From Candidatus Aminicenantes bacterium (GTDB lineage: Bacteria > Acidobacteriota > Aminicenantia > Aminicenantales > JAFGBC01): a stretch of 64,000 bases of DNA. Below the pieces are notes generated by a model. That model saw nothing but the letters and a program-made list of their open reading frames with translations, was not told where the DNA came from and searched no databases. The DNA lies in the NCBI GenBank assembly GCA_963702005.1, contig OY969696.1, positions 3,616,001-3,680,000 of the forward strand. The letters are read 5' to 3'. Position numbers and translations under genes: made by a program. This document shows positions 34,429 through 45,104 of the stretch, in pieces (the stretch's first letter is position 1; each line of letters opens with the position of its first letter).

Positions 34429-35451
34429 CTACTCCTTGTCTTCTTTCTCCCGTCCGGTCTCGCCCTTGATTCGTTCCATAACCCGCGGGGACAGGTCCAG
34501 GTTCAGGCTCAGGCCCAGGTTGGCCAGGGTTTCCTTGATCTCGGCCAGCGACTTCCGGCCGAAGTTCTTGGTCTTGAGGAGGTCCTCCTCGGTTTTCTGG
34601 ACGAGCTCGTAGATCTTCTCGATGCCGGCCGATTTCAGACAGTTGTTGGACCGGACCGAGAGCTCGAGATGCTCGATGGACTTGGCCAGGAGGTCGGTCT
34701 GATCGAGGAAGGGGACTTCCTTCTTCTGGGCAGAAGGCTCTCGTTCCAGGGGTTCGTCGACGACGTTGAGGAAGATGGCCAGGTGCGCCCGGAGGAGCTT
34801 CGAAGCCTGGGACAGGGCGTCGGTGGGATGGATGGCGCCCGTCGTCCACAGCTCGAGGGTCAGCTTCTCGTAGTCGATCCTCTTGCCGACGCGGGCCGGC
34901 TCGACCCGGTAGTTGACCTTGAGGATCGGGGAATGGGAGGAGTCGAGGGGGATGTAGTCGACGCTGAGGTCCTCGTCGAGGTTCTGGTCGGCCGTGATGT
35001 AGCCCCGACCGTTCTTGACGACCATCTCGATGTCGAGGCTGCCGTCCTCGTCGAGGGAGGCGATCGGGATATCCGGGTTGAGGATCTCGATGTCCCCGTC
35101 GTGGCTGATGTCGGCCGCCGTGGCCTTGGCCGGACCCTCCTTCTTGAGGGTCATCCGCCGGGGCTGGTCGCCCTTGAGCTTGAGTGGGATGGTCTTGAGG
35201 TTGAGGAGGATGTCGGTGACATCCTCGACGACCCCGGGAATCGTCGAAAATTCGTGGAGGACGCCCTCGATGCGGACGGCCGTGATGGCCGCGCCCGTGA
35301 TGGAGGACAGGAGGACCCGCCGCAGGGCGTTCCCGATCGTGACCCCGTAGCCCCGCTCGAAGGGCTGGGCCGAAAACGACCCGAATCTTTCGGTCAGGGT
35401 TTCGTAATCACACTCCAAGAATTTCGGCCTCTGAAAGCCTTGATCCGTCAT
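34429..35451 (-). CDS. rpoA: RNA polymerase alpha subunit
   Basis: PFERGYGVTIGNALRRVLLSS, LSVRSNNCL and NFGRKSL motifs. Confidence 0.99.
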   Translation of the reverse strand: MTDQGFQRPKFLECDYETLTERFGSFSAQPFERGYGVTIGNALRRVLLSSITGAAITAVRIEGVLHEFSTIPGVVEDVTDILLNLKTIPLKLKGDQPRRMTLKKEGPAKATAADISHDGDIEILNPDIPIASLDEDGSLDIEMVVKNGRGYITADQNLDEDLSVDYIPLDSSHSPILKVNYRVEPARVGKRIDYEKLTLELWTTGAIHPTDALSQASKLLRAHLAIFLNVVDEPLEREPSAQKKEVPFLDQTDLLAKSIEHLELSVRSNNCLKSAGIEKIYELVQKTEEDLLKTKNFGRKSLAEIKETLANLGLSLNLDLSPRVMERIKGETGREKEDKE

Positions 35452-35494
35452 CGCTCCTCCTTATGCGGTCCAGTCAATCCCCCGTCCGGGGGCG

Positions 35495-36121
35495 TCACTT
35501 CGAGTAGAGCTCCACGACGAGGTGCTCCTCGACGGGGAGGGTCACATCGGCCCGGGTCGGCAAAGACTTGATCCGGCCCTGGAAGCCGGCCCGATCGACC
35601 TCGATCCAACTGGGGACCGTCTTGGTCTGGTTGGATTCGACGAGTTCCTTGATTTCGGCGGTCTGGGCGGTCCGGGCCCGGAACCGGATGACGTCGCCGG
35701 CGTCGACCTCGTAGGACGGGATGGTGACCCGATGGTCGTTGACCAGGAAATGGCCGTGGCCGACCAGCTGGCGGGCGTGGACCCGCGATCGGGCGAATCC
35801 CATCAGGGTGACGACGTTGTCGAGCCGCCGCTCGAGCATGGACAGAAGGTTCTCGCCGGTGACGCCCTTCCGCCGCTCGGCCCGCTCGAAGAAGAGCCGG
35901 AACTGCTTCTCGGTCATCCCGTAGTATCTTTTAAGCTTCTGCTTTTCGCGGAGCTGGATGGCGTAGCCGAGGATCCGCCTTCTCATCTTGCCGTGCTCGC
36001 CCGGCGCGTAGGATCGGCGCTCGACCGGGCACTTGGCGGACAGGCATTTATTGCCCTTCAGAAGCAGTTTCGTCTTCTCGACCCGGCACTGCCGGCAGAC
36101 CTGTTCTCTTCTCTTCGGCAT
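35495..36121 (-). CDS. rpsD: 30S ribosomal protein S4 (Zn-binding type)
   Basis: CRQCR, QLREKQK, LERRLDN and VELYSK motifs. Confidence 0.98.
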   Translation of the reverse strand: MPKRREQVCRQCRVEKTKLLLKGNKCLSAKCPVERRSYAPGEHGKMRRRILGYAIQLREKQKLKRYYGMTEKQFRLFFERAERRKGVTGENLLSMLERRLDNVVTLMGFARSRVHARQLVGHGHFLVNDHRVTIPSYEVDAGDVIRFRARTAQTAEIKELVESNQTKTVPSWIEVDRAGFQGRIKSLPTRADVTLPVEEHLVVELYSK

Positions 36122-36148
36122 CGTATTCTCCTTTAGCGGCTCATGGCC

Positions 36149-36544
36149 TCAGACCCGACGCCGCCTCCGGGTGCGGCAGCCGTTGTGGGGGATGGGAGTC
36201 ACGTCCCGGATGGATTTGATCTCGATGCCCGACGTTTGGAGGGAGCGGATGGCCGACTCGCGGCCTGCGCCCGGCCCCTTAATCCGGACGTCGACGTAGC
36301 GGACCCCGAACTCCTTGGCCCGCTGGGCCGCTTCCTTGGCGGCGAGCTGGGCGGCGAAGGGCGTTCCTTTCCGGGCCCCCTTGAACCCCGACGTCCCGGC
36401 GCTCGTCCAGCAGACCGTGTTGCCGTGATGGTCCGTGATGGTGATGATCGTGTTGTTGAAGGTCGATTGGATGTGGGCCAGCCCATAGCCGATCTCCTTC
36501 CTCGTCTTTTTCTTCTTGACCTTGGTCTTGGCGGTGGTTGCCAT
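36149..36544 (-). CDS. rpsK: 30S ribosomal protein S11
   Basis: STFNNT, GPGAGRE and [11 protein letters not shown] motifs. Confidence 0.99.
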   Translation of the reverse strand: MATTAKTKVKKKKTRKEIGYGLAHIQSTFNNTIITITDHHGNTVCWTSAGTSGFKGARKGTPFAAQLAAKEAAQRAKEFGVRYVDVRIKGPGAGRESAIRSLQTSGIEIKSIRDVTPIPHNGCRTRRRRRV

Positions 36545-36570
36545 GATGGGACTCCCTCAGCCGGCCGGCC

Positions 36571-36951
36571 TCAGGCCGACTTCTCCTTGATCTTCTTGAT
36601 GGCGTGGCCGCGCGGCCCCTTGCGGGTCCGGGCGTTGGTCTTCGTCCGCTGGCCCCGGGTCGGCAGTTTCCGCTTGTGGCGCTGGCCGCGGTAGCAGCCG
36701 ATCTCGATCAGCCGCTTGATGTTCATGGCGACTTCCTTGCGAAGGTCGCCCTCGATCTTCTCCCGCTTTTCGATGATCTGGCGGATCTTGTTGATTTCGT
36801 CCTCGGACAGGGCCTTGACCTTCTTGTCCTTGTCGATCTTGGCCTCGGCCAGGATTTGATTGGACTTGGAACGGCCGATCCCGAAGATGTAGGTTAAGCC
36901 GACCTCGATCCGTTTCTCGGCGGGAAGAGTGATGCCTGCAATACGTGCCAT
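36571..36951 (-). CDS. rpsM: 30S ribosomal protein S13
   Basis: MARIAG and [14 protein letters not shown] motifs. Confidence 0.99.
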   Translation of the reverse strand: MARIAGITLPAEKRIEVGLTYIFGIGRSKSNQILAEAKIDKDKKVKALSEDEINKIRQIIEKREKIEGDLRKEVAMNIKRLIEIGCYRGQRHKRKLPTRGQRTKTNARTRKGPRGHAIKKIKEKSA

Positions 36952-36962
36952 GGTGACCTCGT

Positions 36963-37076
36963 TTAACCTTGCTTTTGCTTATGCCGGGGGTTGCTGCAGA
37001 TGACGCGGACGATCCCCTTCCTGCGGATGATCTTGCAGTTCCTGCAAATCTTCTTGACGGACGCTCTGACTTTCAT
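36963..37076 (-). CDS. rpmJ: 50S ribosomal protein L36 (not in ORF track)
   Basis: Read by hand: [37 protein letters not shown]. Confidence 0.98.
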   Translation of the reverse strand: MKVRASVKKICRNCKIIRRKGIVRVICSNPRHKQKQG

Positions 37077-37087
37077 GGTCGCTTCCT

Positions 37088-37306
37088 CTACTTATAGCGA
37101 TAGGTGATCCGCCCTTTGGTCAGGTCGTATTTGGACAGCTCGACCAGGACCCGGTCGCCGGGGAGGATTCGGATGAAGTTCTTGCGCATCCGGCCCGAGA
37201 TGTGGGCCAGGATCCGGTGCTTGTTGGCCAGCTCGACCCGGAACATGGCGTTGGGCAGGTTCTCGAGGACCGTTCCTTCCGCCTCGAACATGTCATCCTT
37301 GGGCAT
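37088..37306 (-). CDS. infA: Translation initiation factor IF-1
   Basis: [15 protein letters not shown] and GRITYR motifs. Confidence 0.99.
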   Translation of the reverse strand: MPKDDMFEAEGTVLENLPNAMFRVELANKHRILAHISGRMRKNFIRILPGDRVLVELSKYDLTKGRITYRYK

Positions 37307-38093
37307 AAGGATTCTCCTTGGCGATCCAGATCGCGGAGCCCTCGGGCGGCGTCGACAGACTCAGGATCTCGGCCCCGCCGGCGGTCAGGGCGACGGAGTG
37401 CTCGAAGTGGGCGGACAGGCTTCGGTCCGCGGTCACGGCCGTCCAGCCGTCATCGAGAATTTCAACCTCCCAGCCGCCGGCCGCGATCATGGGCTCGACG
37501 GCCAGGATCATCCCCGGCCGGAGGCGCGGTCCGCGGCCGGGCGCCCCGAAGTTGGGGATCTGCGGATCCTCATGGAGAGACCGGCCCACGCCGTGGCCGA
37601 CGAACTGGCGGATGACCGAGAAACCCTCGGCCTCGACCGCGACCTGGATGGCGTGGGAAACGTCCGAAAGCCGGCCGCCTTCCTTGATCTCGGCGAGGCC
37701 CGTGCCGAAGGCCCGCTCGGCCGTCGCGATCAGACGGCGGGCCAGGGGAGTCGCCTCCCCGACGGCATAGGTCCGGGCGGCGTCGCCGTAGAACCCGTCC
37801 AGGACGACGCCGAAATCGACCCCGACGATATCCCCCTCGCGGAGGACGCGGACCGAGGGAATGCCGTGGATGATTTCCTCGTTGACCGAGGTGCATAGAG
37901 TCGCCGGGTAGCCCCGGTAGCCCTTGAAGGCCGGGACGGCCCCGAGCTCCCGGGTGCGCGCCTCCGCGTAGGCGTCGAGGTCCCGGGTCTTGACGCCGGG
38001 CTTGATCATCGCCCCGATCTCGTCCAGGACGCGGGCGACAACCCGGTTGCTGCGCCGGGCGGCCTCGATCTCGTCAGCGCTGTAGATGATCAT
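37293..38093 (-). CDS. map: Methionine aminopeptidase type I
   Basis: [27 protein letters not shown] and HFEH motifs. Start at MIIYS. Confidence 0.96.
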   Translation of the reverse strand: MIIYSADEIEAARRSNRVVARVLDEIGAMIKPGVKTRDLDAYAEARTRELGAVPAFKGYRGYPATLCTSVNEEIIHGIPSVRVLREGDIVGVDFGVVLDGFYGDAARTYAVGEATPLARRLIATAERAFGTGLAEIKEGGRLSDVSHAIQVAVEAEGFSVIRQFVGHGVGRSLHEDPQIPNFGAPGRGPRLRPGMILAVEPMIAAGGWEVEILDDGWTAVTADRSLSAHFEHSVALTAGGAEILSLSTPPEGSAIWIAKENPYAQG

Positions 38094-38097
38094 GATA

Positions 38098-38760
38098 TCA
38101 TTGTCCAGACTTCCGGGAGGCCAGACGGGCGTCCAAGACGGCCGAGAGGAGGAGGAAGACGCCTTCCATGGTCCCGCTGCCGTCGACGAGCTGAAACACA
38201 TTTTTGCCCGCGTAATAATCCCGGAGGGGCCGGGTCTGCTCCTGATAGACTTTCAAGCGTTCCCGAATGATCTCGGGCTTGTCGTCGTCCCGCTGGACAA
38301 GCGGTTCCCGGCATTCGGGACAGCGGTTGCCTGGGACTTCGCCCGGCTTGGCCTGAGTCGTGACCGCCTTGCAGCGGGGACAGACCCAACGCCGGGAAAG
38401 GCGCTCGAGGAGGAGCTGCTCGGACAGGGCGATTTCCAGCGCCAGCTCGGGCCGGCTTCCGTCCATGCGTTCGACGTCCCGGGCCTGGGCCAGATTTCTC
38501 GGGTAGCCGTCGAGGACGTAGCCGTTCCGGCTCTCGGGCCGCTGGATGCGCTCCTCGACCAGCGAGGCCACGATGTCGTCGCCGACCAGCTCGCCCCGGT
38601 TCATGAGATCCCGAACCTTGAGACCGAGGGGCGTCCCTTCTTGGACGGCGGCCCGGAGAATGTCCCCGGTCGAGATCTTGGGAAACCCGTAGCGCTTCTC
38701 GATGAGGACCGCCTGAGTCCCCTTGCCGCTGCCGGGCGGCCCGAGCAGGATCACCCTCAT
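38098..38760 (-). CDS. adk: Adenylate kinase (Zn-lid type)
   Basis: GPPGSGKGTQA, STGDILR, LDGYPR, CxxC...CxxC lid and QRDDD motifs. Confidence 0.97.
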   Translation of the reverse strand: MRVILLGPPGSGKGTQAVLIEKRYGFPKISTGDILRAAVQEGTPLGLKVRDLMNRGELVGDDIVASLVEERIQRPESRNGYVLDGYPRNLAQARDVERMDGSRPELALEIALSEQLLLERLSRRWVCPRCKAVTTQAKPGEVPGNRCPECREPLVQRDDDKPEIIRERLKVYQEQTRPLRDYYAGKNVFQLVDGSGTMEGVFLLLSAVLDARLASRKSGQ

Positions 38761-40139
38761 CAGCGTCTCCCCCGGATCCGGCTCCGCCGCATGAAGCCGT
38801 CGTAGTGGCGCATGACGAGCTGGGCCTCGACCTGCTGGAGGGTGTCCATGGCCACGCCGACGACGATCAGGATCGAGGTCCCGCCGAAGTAGAAGTCGAC
38901 GTTGAGGCCCTGGGTGAACCACTTGGGCAGGTTGGCCTCGAGGAAGGTCCCGATGAAGGGAAGAGTCCCAACCTTGAAACCCGTCATCATGAACTCGGGC
39001 AGGATGGCGATGGCGGCCAGGTAAATGGCCCCGACCAGCGTGATCCGGGACAGGACCGAGTCGATGAAGTCCGAGGTATTCTGGCCGGGCCGGATGCCGG
39101 GGATGAAGCCGCCGTACTTGCGGAGGTTGTCGGCGACGTCGACCGGGTTGAAGATGATCGAGATGTAGAAGTAGGTGAAGAAGATGATGGCCGCGACGTA
39201 GAGGAGGTTGTAGAGGGGCATCCCCAGCCCGAACTGGCGGGAGAAGGTCTGGAAGAGCGGCGTCTTGACGAGCGAAGCCAGGGTCGTGGGGATGGTGATG
39301 ATCGAGGCCGCGAAGATGATCGGGATGACGCCCCCGGTGTTGACCCGGAGCGGCAGGTGCGTGCTCTGGCCGCCGTAGATCTTCCGGCCGACGACGCGCT
39401 TGGCGTAGGAGACGGGAATCCGGCGCTGGCCGCGCTCGACAAAGACGATGAAGGCGACAACGGCCAGCATCAGGACGACCAGGAAGATGAGCCGGAGCGG
39501 ATCCATATTCCCAGACCGGAGCCCGGTCAGGATGCTCTGGACTCCGCGCGGCAGGCCGACGACGATCCCGGCGAAAATAATCAGGGAAATCCCGTTTCCG
39601 ATCCCCCGTTCCGAGATCTGTTCGCCCAGCCACATGATGAAGACCGTTCCCGTCGTCAATGTCAAGACCGTCAGGGCCTTAAAGCCTATGCCCGGGTGGG
39701 GGACGATCGGGGCGCCGCCGGGGGCCTTGAGGGCCTCGAGGAGGAGGGCGATTCCCATCCCCTGGATGAAGCAGATACCCAGGGTCCCGTAGCGGGTGTA
39801 CTGCGTGATCTTCTTCCGGCCCATCTCTCCTTCCTTGGACAACCGTTCCAAGTAGGGCCAAACGACCTGGAGGAGCTGGAGGATGATCGAGGAGCTGATG
39901 TAGGGCATGATCCCCAGCGCGAAGATCGTCATTCTGGACATATTCCGGCCCGAGAAGAGATCGACGAAGCCGAGGATGGTCCCCTTCTGGGCCTGCCAGA
40001 ACTCGGCCAGGGCCGAAGCGCTGATCCCCGGGTTGGGGATCTGGGCGCCGAGCCGGTAGACGGCCAGCAGGGCCAGGGTGAACAGGACCCGCCTGCGGAG
40101 GTCGGGAATGCTGAAGATATTGCGGACACTGTCAAGCAT
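38760..40139 (-). CDS. secY: Preprotein translocase SecY
   Basis: IFALGIMPYISSSII, GIGNGISLIIF and GGFIPGIRPG motifs. Confidence 0.99.
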   Translation of the reverse strand: MLDSVRNIFSIPDLRRRVLFTLALLAVYRLGAQIPNPGISASALAEFWQAQKGTILGFVDLFSGRNMSRMTIFALGIMPYISSSIILQLLQVVWPYLERLSKEGEMGRKKITQYTRYGTLGICFIQGMGIALLLEALKAPGGAPIVPHPGIGFKALTVLTLTTGTVFIMWLGEQISERGIGNGISLIIFAGIVVGLPRGVQSILTGLRSGNMDPLRLIFLVVLMLAVVAFIVFVERGQRRIPVSYAKRVVGRKIYGGQSTHLPLRVNTGGVIPIIFAASIITIPTTLASLVKTPLFQTFSRQFGLGMPLYNLLYVAAIIFFTYFYISIIFNPVDVADNLRKYGGFIPGIRPGQNTSDFIDSVLSRITLVGAIYLAAIAILPEFMMTGFKVGTLPFIGTFLEANLPKWFTQGLNVDFYFGGTSILIVVGVAMDTLQQVEAQLVMRHYDGFMRRSRIRGRR

Positions 40140-40584
40140 GGCTCCCCCCTATCAGCAGCGCCTTCCCGCCGGCGTCCTCGATCTTTTTCCGGGCGGCCGC
40201 GGAGAAACCATGGGCGTGGACGGTCTTGGCTTTGGTCCAGGGCCCGCGGGCCAGGATCTTGATCTTTTCGGACTCTTTCTTGATCAGGCGGGCCTCGACG
40301 AGGTCCTTGGGCGTGATCTCGGTCTTGGCGATCCTGTCCAGGCGGTCCAGGTTGACCACGGTGTACTCAGTCCGGAAGATGTTCGTGAAACCCCGCTTGG
40401 GGAGGCGCCGGACGAGAGGCATCTGGCCGCCCTCGAACCCCTTCATGCCGGAGTAGCCGGCCACGGACAGCTGGCCCTTGTGGCCGCGACCCGAGGTCTT
40501 GCCGCGGCCCGAGCCGGGTCCCCGGCCGACCCGCCGGACTTTCTTCCTGGAGCCCTTCGCCGGATGCAGGTTGCTGAGGTTCAT
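40132..40584 (-). CDS. rplO: 50S ribosomal protein L15
   Basis: GRGPGSG.GKT.GRGHKGQ and FEGGQMPL motifs. Confidence 0.98.
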   Translation of the reverse strand: MNLSNLHPAKGSRKKVRRVGRGPGSGRGKTSGRGHKGQLSVAGYSGMKGFEGGQMPLVRRLPKRGFTNIFRTEYTVVNLDRLDRIAKTEITPKDLVEARLIKKESEKIKILARGPWTKAKTVHAHGFSAAARKKIEDAGGKALLIGGSHA

Positions 40585-40595
40585 CGTCCCTCTCC

Positions 40596-40817
40596 TCACT
40601 CGACTTCCAATAGATGGGAGATCTTCCGGATCATGCCTCGGACCTGGGGCGTGTCGGGACGGACGACCTCGGAGCGGAGCTTGCGCAGCCCCAATCCTTT
40701 GACGACCTCCCGCTGCTCCCGCGGATAGCCGATCAGGCTCCGGACGAGCCGGATGCGGAGCTTTCGAGGCGGGGCGGCCTCTCCCGTCTTGGCCGTTTTC
40801 TTGCCTGTCACTGCCAT
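40596..40817 (-). CDS. rpmD: 50S ribosomal protein L30
   Basis: LVRSLIG, GLGLRK and [11 protein letters not shown] motifs. Confidence 0.95.
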   Translation of the reverse strand: MAVTGKKTAKTGEAAPPRKLRIRLVRSLIGYPREQREVVKGLGLRKLRSEVVRPDTPQVRGMIRKISHLLEVE

Positions 40818-41329
40818 ATCGTCCCCTTCGTTTTGCCGCGTTTGGCCGAGATCTGCTCGGGATCATAGAGACGCCGGAGGGCGTTCATCGTCGCGTTGGC
40901 GACGCTGATCGGGTTGCTGGAGCGGATGGACTTGGTCAGGATGTCCTTGATCCCGGCCAACTCCATGATAACCCGGACGGCGCCGCCCGCAATGACGCCC
41001 GTCCCCTTGGAGGCGGGCCTCAGGATGACAAGGCCGGCTCCGTCGACGCCGCGGATGAGATGAGGGATCGTCGTCTCTTTGAGGGGGACGGTGATCATCT
41101 TCTTCTTGGCGTCCTGGACGGCCTTGGCGATGGCCATCGGCACCTCGCGCGCTTTGCCCTTGCCGATCCCGACCGTGCCCTTTTCGTTCCCGACGGCGAC
41201 CAGGGCCAAGAAGCTCAGGTTCTTGCCGCCCTTAACGACCTTGGTGACGCGGCGGATATTGATGACCTGGTCCTTGAACTCCAATTCCGGCTCTTCGCTC
41301 CCGCCCTTCCTAAAATCTCTGTAAGCCAC
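40808..41329 (-). CDS. rpsE: 30S ribosomal protein S5
   Basis: RVTKVVKGG and GTGVIAGG motifs. Confidence 0.98.
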   Translation of the reverse strand: MAYRDFRKGGSEEPELEFKDQVINIRRVTKVVKGGKNLSFLALVAVGNEKGTVGIGKGKAREVPMAIAKAVQDAKKKMITVPLKETTIPHLIRGVDGAGLVILRPASKGTGVIAGGAVRVIMELAGIKDILTKSIRSSNPISVANATMNALRRLYDPEQISAKRGKTKGTIWQ

Positions 41330-41351
41330 TGTTCCTCCTCATTCCGACCGG

Positions 41352-41726
41352 TCAGAAGACCAGGCCGCCCTTGCGCAGGCCCTCGGCCAGGGCTTGGACG
41401 CGGCCGTGGTAGGGATAGCGTCCCCGATCGAAGACGATCGTCTTGATATTCTTGGCCAGCAGGCGCTGGGCCAGGATCTCGCCCAGCAGGCCGCAGGCCT
41501 CCCGGTTCTTGGCGTTCTTAGACTTTTCCTGGAAGGCCTTCTCGAGGGAGGAGGCCGCGACCAGGACCGCCCGGCGGTCGTCGTCGACGGCCTGGGCGTA
41601 GACGTAGCGGTTGCTCTTGAAGACGTAGACCCGGGGCCGGGCTTCGACGCCGCGGACCTTTTTCCGGATCCGTTTCCGGATGCGGATCTTCGTCTCGGTC
41701 TTGGCTAAGGATTTGTCTTTAAGCAC
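41352..41726 (-). CDS. rplR: 50S ribosomal protein L18
   Basis: FDRGRYPYHGRV motif. Confidence 0.98.
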   Translation of the reverse strand: MLKDKSLAKTETKIRIRKRIRKKVRGVEARPRVYVFKSNRYVYAQAVDDDRRAVLVAASSLEKAFQEKSKNAKNREACGLLGEILAQRLLAKNIKTIVFDRGRYPYHGRVQALAEGLRKGGLVF

Positions 41727-42264
41727 CGGCCACCCCCGCTTTCCGTTCCTTCTTGATGAGCTTCTCGCCGGCGTGGCGGATGCCCTTGAGCTTGTAGACG
41801 TCGGGCCGTCTGAAGTTCTTGATCTCCTGGGCGACCTGGCCGACCCGCTGCTTGTCGATCCCCTTGACGGTGATCAGGGTCGGCTTGTCGAGGACGATCT
41901 CGATGCCCTTGGGGATCGGGTAGACGACCGGCTTCGAGTAGCCCAGGTTGAGCTCGAGCTTCTCTTTATCGACCTTGGCCCGGTAGCCGACCCCGAAGAT
42001 CTCGAGCTGCTTCTGGTAGCCGGCCGTGACGCCCAGGATGGCGTTGGCGGCCAGGGTCCGGCACAGGCCGTGGAGGGCTTTCTGCTCCTTACTGTCGTCG
42101 CGGCGGGCGAGCTTGAGCGTCTTGTCCTCGAGGACGGCCGTGATGCCCGGCCGCAGGGGGGAGTCCAGCCGGCCCTTGGGACCTTGGATTTCGATCCGGT
42201 CCGGGCCGATCGTGACCTTGACCTCCGGCGGCACCGTGATGGGTAACTTTCCGACTCGTGACAT
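41719..42264 (-). CDS. rplF: 50S ribosomal protein L6
   Basis: MSRVGK, GVGYRA and PDVYKLKGI motifs. Confidence 0.98.
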   Translation of the reverse strand: MSRVGKLPITVPPEVKVTIGPDRIEIQGPKGRLDSPLRPGITAVLEDKTLKLARRDDSKEQKALHGLCRTLAANAILGVTAGYQKQLEIFGVGYRAKVDKEKLELNLGYSKPVVYPIPKGIEIVLDKPTLITVKGIDKQRVGQVAQEIKNFRRPDVYKLKGIRHAGEKLIKKERKAGVAGA

Positions 42265-42288
42265 GTTCGTCCCTCTTCCCTTAAGGAC

Positions 42289-42687
42289 TCACCAGATCGT
42301 GCAGAGAACCTCGCCGCCCGTCCCGAGCTCCTCGCACCTCCGCCCGGTACAGACGCCCTTCGAGGTCGAAACGATGACGACCCCCAGGCCGTCCAGGACC
42401 TTGGGGATGGAATCCTTGGTGCAGTAGATCCGGCAGCCGGGGCGGCTGACCCTCTGGAGCCCGGTGATGACGCTCCGGTTGTCGTCCGCGTACTTGAGGA
42501 TGATGTTGAGGACGCCCTGCTTGGGGTCGTCGACGACCTTGAAGTTACGGATGTAGCCTTCGTCCTTGAGGATCTTGGCGATCTCGACCTTCATCCGCGA
42601 TAAGGGGATGTTGACCTCCCGCTTCCTGGCCTTGGCCGCGTTCCGGATCCGGGTCAGCAGATCGGCGATGGGGTCCGTCACACTCAT
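42289..42687 (-). CDS. rpsH: 30S ribosomal protein S8
   Basis: DPIADLLTRIRNA and STSKG motifs. Confidence 0.99.
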   Translation of the reverse strand: MSVTDPIADLLTRIRNAAKARKREVNIPLSRMKVEIAKILKDEGYIRNFKVVDDPKQGVLNIILKYADDNRSVITGLQRVSRPGCRIYCTKDSIPKVLDGLGVVIVSTSKGVCTGRRCEELGTGGEVLCTIW

Positions 42688-42708
42688 GATCCTATCCTTT
42701 CTTCCCGC

Positions 42709-42894
42709 TCACCAGGACGCCTTGATGATCCCCGGGATCTCCCCCTTGAGGGCGAGCTCGCGGAAACAGAGCCGGCACAGGTCGAATTTGCGGTAGTAGC
42801 CGCGGGAACGCCCGCAGATCCGACAGCGCCGCCTATGGCGGATGGCGTACTTCGGGGTTCGGTTGTCCTTGACGATGGATGCTGTGGTCGCCAC
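42709..42894 (-). CDS. rpsN: 30S ribosomal protein S14 (type Z, Zn-binding)
   Basis: [15 protein letters not shown] and KASW motifs. Confidence 0.98.
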   Translation of the reverse strand: MATTASIVKDNRTPKYAIRHRRRCRICGRSRGYYRKFDLCRLCFRELALKGEIPGIIKASW

Positions 42895-42917
42895 GTTCGT
42901 CCTTCCTTTTCCTCGAC

Positions 42918-43463
42918 CTACTGGGCCTCGCGGAACGGCATGCCCAGCCGCTTGAGGAGGGCGAAGGCCTCCCGGTCGGTCCGGGCCGAGGTCACGATCG
43001 TGATGTTCATGCCCCGGGACCTCTCCACCTTGGTGTAGTCGATCTCGGGGAAGACGAGCTGGTCTCTCATGCCCAGGGTGTAATTGCCCCGGCCGTCGAA
43101 ACCCTTGGGGTTGACGCCCCGGAAATCGCGGACCCGGGGCAGGACGATGTTGACGAGCCGGTCGAAGAACTCGTACATCCGCTCCCGGCGCAGGGTCACG
43201 TAGCAGGCGATCGGCTGGCCCTTGCGGAGCTTGAAGGCCGATATGGACTTCTTGGCCCGGCCGACGGCGGGGAGCTGCCCGGTGATGAGGCTCAGCTCGG
43301 CCTTGGCCGTGTCCAGGACCTTGATGTTCTGGATGGCCTCGCCGACGCCGACGTTGACGATGATCTTCTCGAGACGGGGCACGGCCATCCGGTTGCCCAG
43401 TCCGAGCTCCTGCTGGAGCTCGGCCAGGATCTCCTTGAGGTATTTCTCCTTGAGTCGGCTCAT
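42918..43463 (-). CDS. rplE: 50S ribosomal protein L5
   Basis: LPRVRDFRG and FDGRGNY motifs. Confidence 0.99.
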   Translation of the reverse strand: MSRLKEKYLKEILAELQQELGLGNRMAVPRLEKIIVNVGVGEAIQNIKVLDTAKAELSLITGQLPAVGRAKKSISAFKLRKGQPIACYVTLRRERMYEFFDRLVNIVLPRVRDFRGVNPKGFDGRGNYTLGMRDQLVFPEIDYTKVERSRGMNITIVTSARTDREAFALLKRLGMPFREAQ

Positions 43464-43473
43464 CGCGCTCTCC

Positions 43474-43806
43474 TCACTTGACCTGGTCCAGGCTGCCTTG
43501 GCATCGGGCGCAGAGCCGGGTTTTGCTCCCGTCGCCGAGCCGCTTGACGCGGACGCGGACGCCCCGTCCGCAGTCCTCGCAGAAGATCATGATGCTGGAG
43601 AGGGCGATCGGCGCCTCCTTCTCCATGATCCCGCCCGAGATGTTCTTGCTCCGGTCGGGCCGGATGAACTCCTTGACGAAATGGACCTTCTCGACGATGG
43701 CCCGGTGCGTCTCGGGGAGAACCATCAGGACCTTCCCCTGCTTGCCTTTGTCCCGTCCCCGCCGGACGACGACGATATCGTTCTTCTTGATGAGGGGCTT
43801 GGCCAT
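43474..43806 (-). CDS. rplX: 50S ribosomal protein L24
   Basis: [10 protein letters not shown] and EAPI motifs; C-terminal CxxC...CxxC. Confidence 0.97.
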   Translation of the reverse strand: MAKPLIKKNDIVVVRRGRDKGKQGKVLMVLPETHRAIVEKVHFVKEFIRPDRSKNISGGIMEKEAPIALSSIMIFCEDCGRGVRVRVKRLGDGSKTRLCARCQGSLDQVK

Positions 43807-44174
43807 CAGAGGACCTCCGGAGCGAGTGAAACGATCTTCATGAATTTCTTGTCCCGCAACTCGCGGCCGACCGGCCCGAAGACGCGGGTCCCGATCGGCT
43901 CCCCGGCCTTGTCGATGATCACGGCGGCGTTGTCGTCGAAGCGGATGTAGGAGCCGTCCTTGCGGCGGATTTCCTTGCGGACCCGGACGACGACGGCCCG
44001 GATGACCTTGCCCTTGGCGATCTTGCTCTCGGGGTCCGCCTCCTTGACGGTCGCCGAGATGACGTCGCCGATCGTGGCCGTCCGGCCCACGCTCCCGCCC
44101 AGGGGCGTGATGCACATGATCCGCCGCGCGCCGGAGTTGTCGGCGACCCTGAGCATCGTTTGCTGTTGGATCAT
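43806..44174 (-). CDS. rplN: 50S ribosomal protein L14
   Basis: MIQ..T.L.VADNSGA and SLAPEVL motifs. Confidence 0.99.
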   Translation of the reverse strand: MIQQQTMLRVADNSGARRIMCITPLGGSVGRTATIGDVISATVKEADPESKIAKGKVIRAVVVRVRKEIRRKDGSYIRFDDNAAVIIDKAGEPIGTRVFGPVGRELRDKKFMKIVSLAPEVL

Positions 44175-44479
44175 TGTCGGATGTCCTTCGTCTTCGATTC
44201 GGGCTCGGGGGCGGCCAGCCCGACGATCTCGAGGACCCGCCAGCGCTTCAACTTGCTGATGGGCCGGGTCTCGATGATCCGGACGACGTCCCCGACCTTG
44301 CACTTCTCGTACTCATCGTGAACCATGAACTTCTTACGCCGCTGGACCGTCTTCTTGTAAAGGGGATGGCGGAACTGCCGCTCGACCAGAACGGTCACCG
44401 TCTTCTTCATCGTCTTGCCGACGACGACGCCGACCTTGAACGTCTTCCGCTTGGGGGCTTGGGCGCTTGTCGTATCCAT
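44171..44479 (-). CDS. rpsQ: 30S ribosomal protein S17
   Basis: HPLYKK and [11 protein letters not shown] motifs. Confidence 0.98.
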   Translation of the reverse strand: MDTTSAQAPKRKTFKVGVVVGKTMKKTVTVLVERQFRHPLYKKTVQRRKKFMVHDEYEKCKVGDVVRIIETRPISKLKRWRVLEIVGLAAPEPESKTKDIRQ

Positions 44480-44482
44480 GTC

Positions 44483-44683
44483 CTACTCCGTTCGCGTCCG
44501 GCCCAGGTCGCCGAGGAGGGTCTGGATCCGGGCGATGTCCTTCTTGATCGTCCGCAGCTTGGCGGCATTCTCCAGCTGCCCCAGGGCGTGCTGGAAGCGC
44601 AGCTTGAACAGCTGGTCCCGCAGCTCGGTTTCCTTGGCCATGAGCTCGTCGGTCGACAGCTCGCGCAGTTCCTGGATCTTCAT
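44483..44683 (-). CDS. rpmC: 50S ribosomal protein L29
   Basis: LFKLRFQ and KKDIARIQT motifs. Confidence 0.97.
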   Translation of the reverse strand: MKIQELRELSTDELMAKETELRDQLFKLRFQHALGQLENAAKLRTIKKDIARIQTLLGDLGRTRTE

Positions 44684-45102
44684 CGCAACTCCACGTTGTC
44701 TCTCGAAATGAATCGCGTCTTGATCGGCAGCTTGTGGCCCGCCAGCCGCATCGCCTCGCGGGCGATCTCCTCGGAGACGCCCTCGAGCTCGTAGAGGATC
44801 CGTCCCGGCCGGATGACGTCGACCCAGAACTCGGGGTCGCCCTTGCCCTTTCCCATCCGGACCTCGGTCGGTTTCTTGGTGACGGGCTTCCAGGGGAAGC
44901 TGCGCAGCCAAAGCCTGCCATGCCGCTTGATGAAGCGGGTGATCGTGATCCGGCCGGCCTCAAGCTGGCGGGCCGTCAGCCAGCAAGGCTCCAAGGCCTG
45001 GAGGCCGAACTCCCCGAAGGAGAGGGTCCCGCCCCGGAGGGCCTTGCCCCGCATCCGCCCCCGTTGGGACTTCCGGTATTTGACCTTGCTGGGCATCAAC
45101 AT
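44680..45102 (-). CDS. rplP: 50S ribosomal protein L16
   Basis: RMGKGKG and KLPIKT motifs. Confidence 0.99.
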   Translation of the reverse strand: MLMPSKVKYRKSQRGRMRGKALRGGTLSFGEFGLQALEPCWLTARQLEAGRITITRFIKRHGRLWLRSFPWKPVTKKPTEVRMGKGKGDPEFWVDVIRPGRILYELEGVSEEIAREAMRLAGHKLPIKTRFISRDNVELR

Positions 45103-45104
45103 GG

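Noticed and set aside
33943-39633. Long alternative-frame ORFs (542 aa over rpoA/rplQ; 511-aa extension of adk over secY; extensions of map and the GT gene)
   Set aside because: They overlap well-identified genes in other frames. The true starts are downstream.
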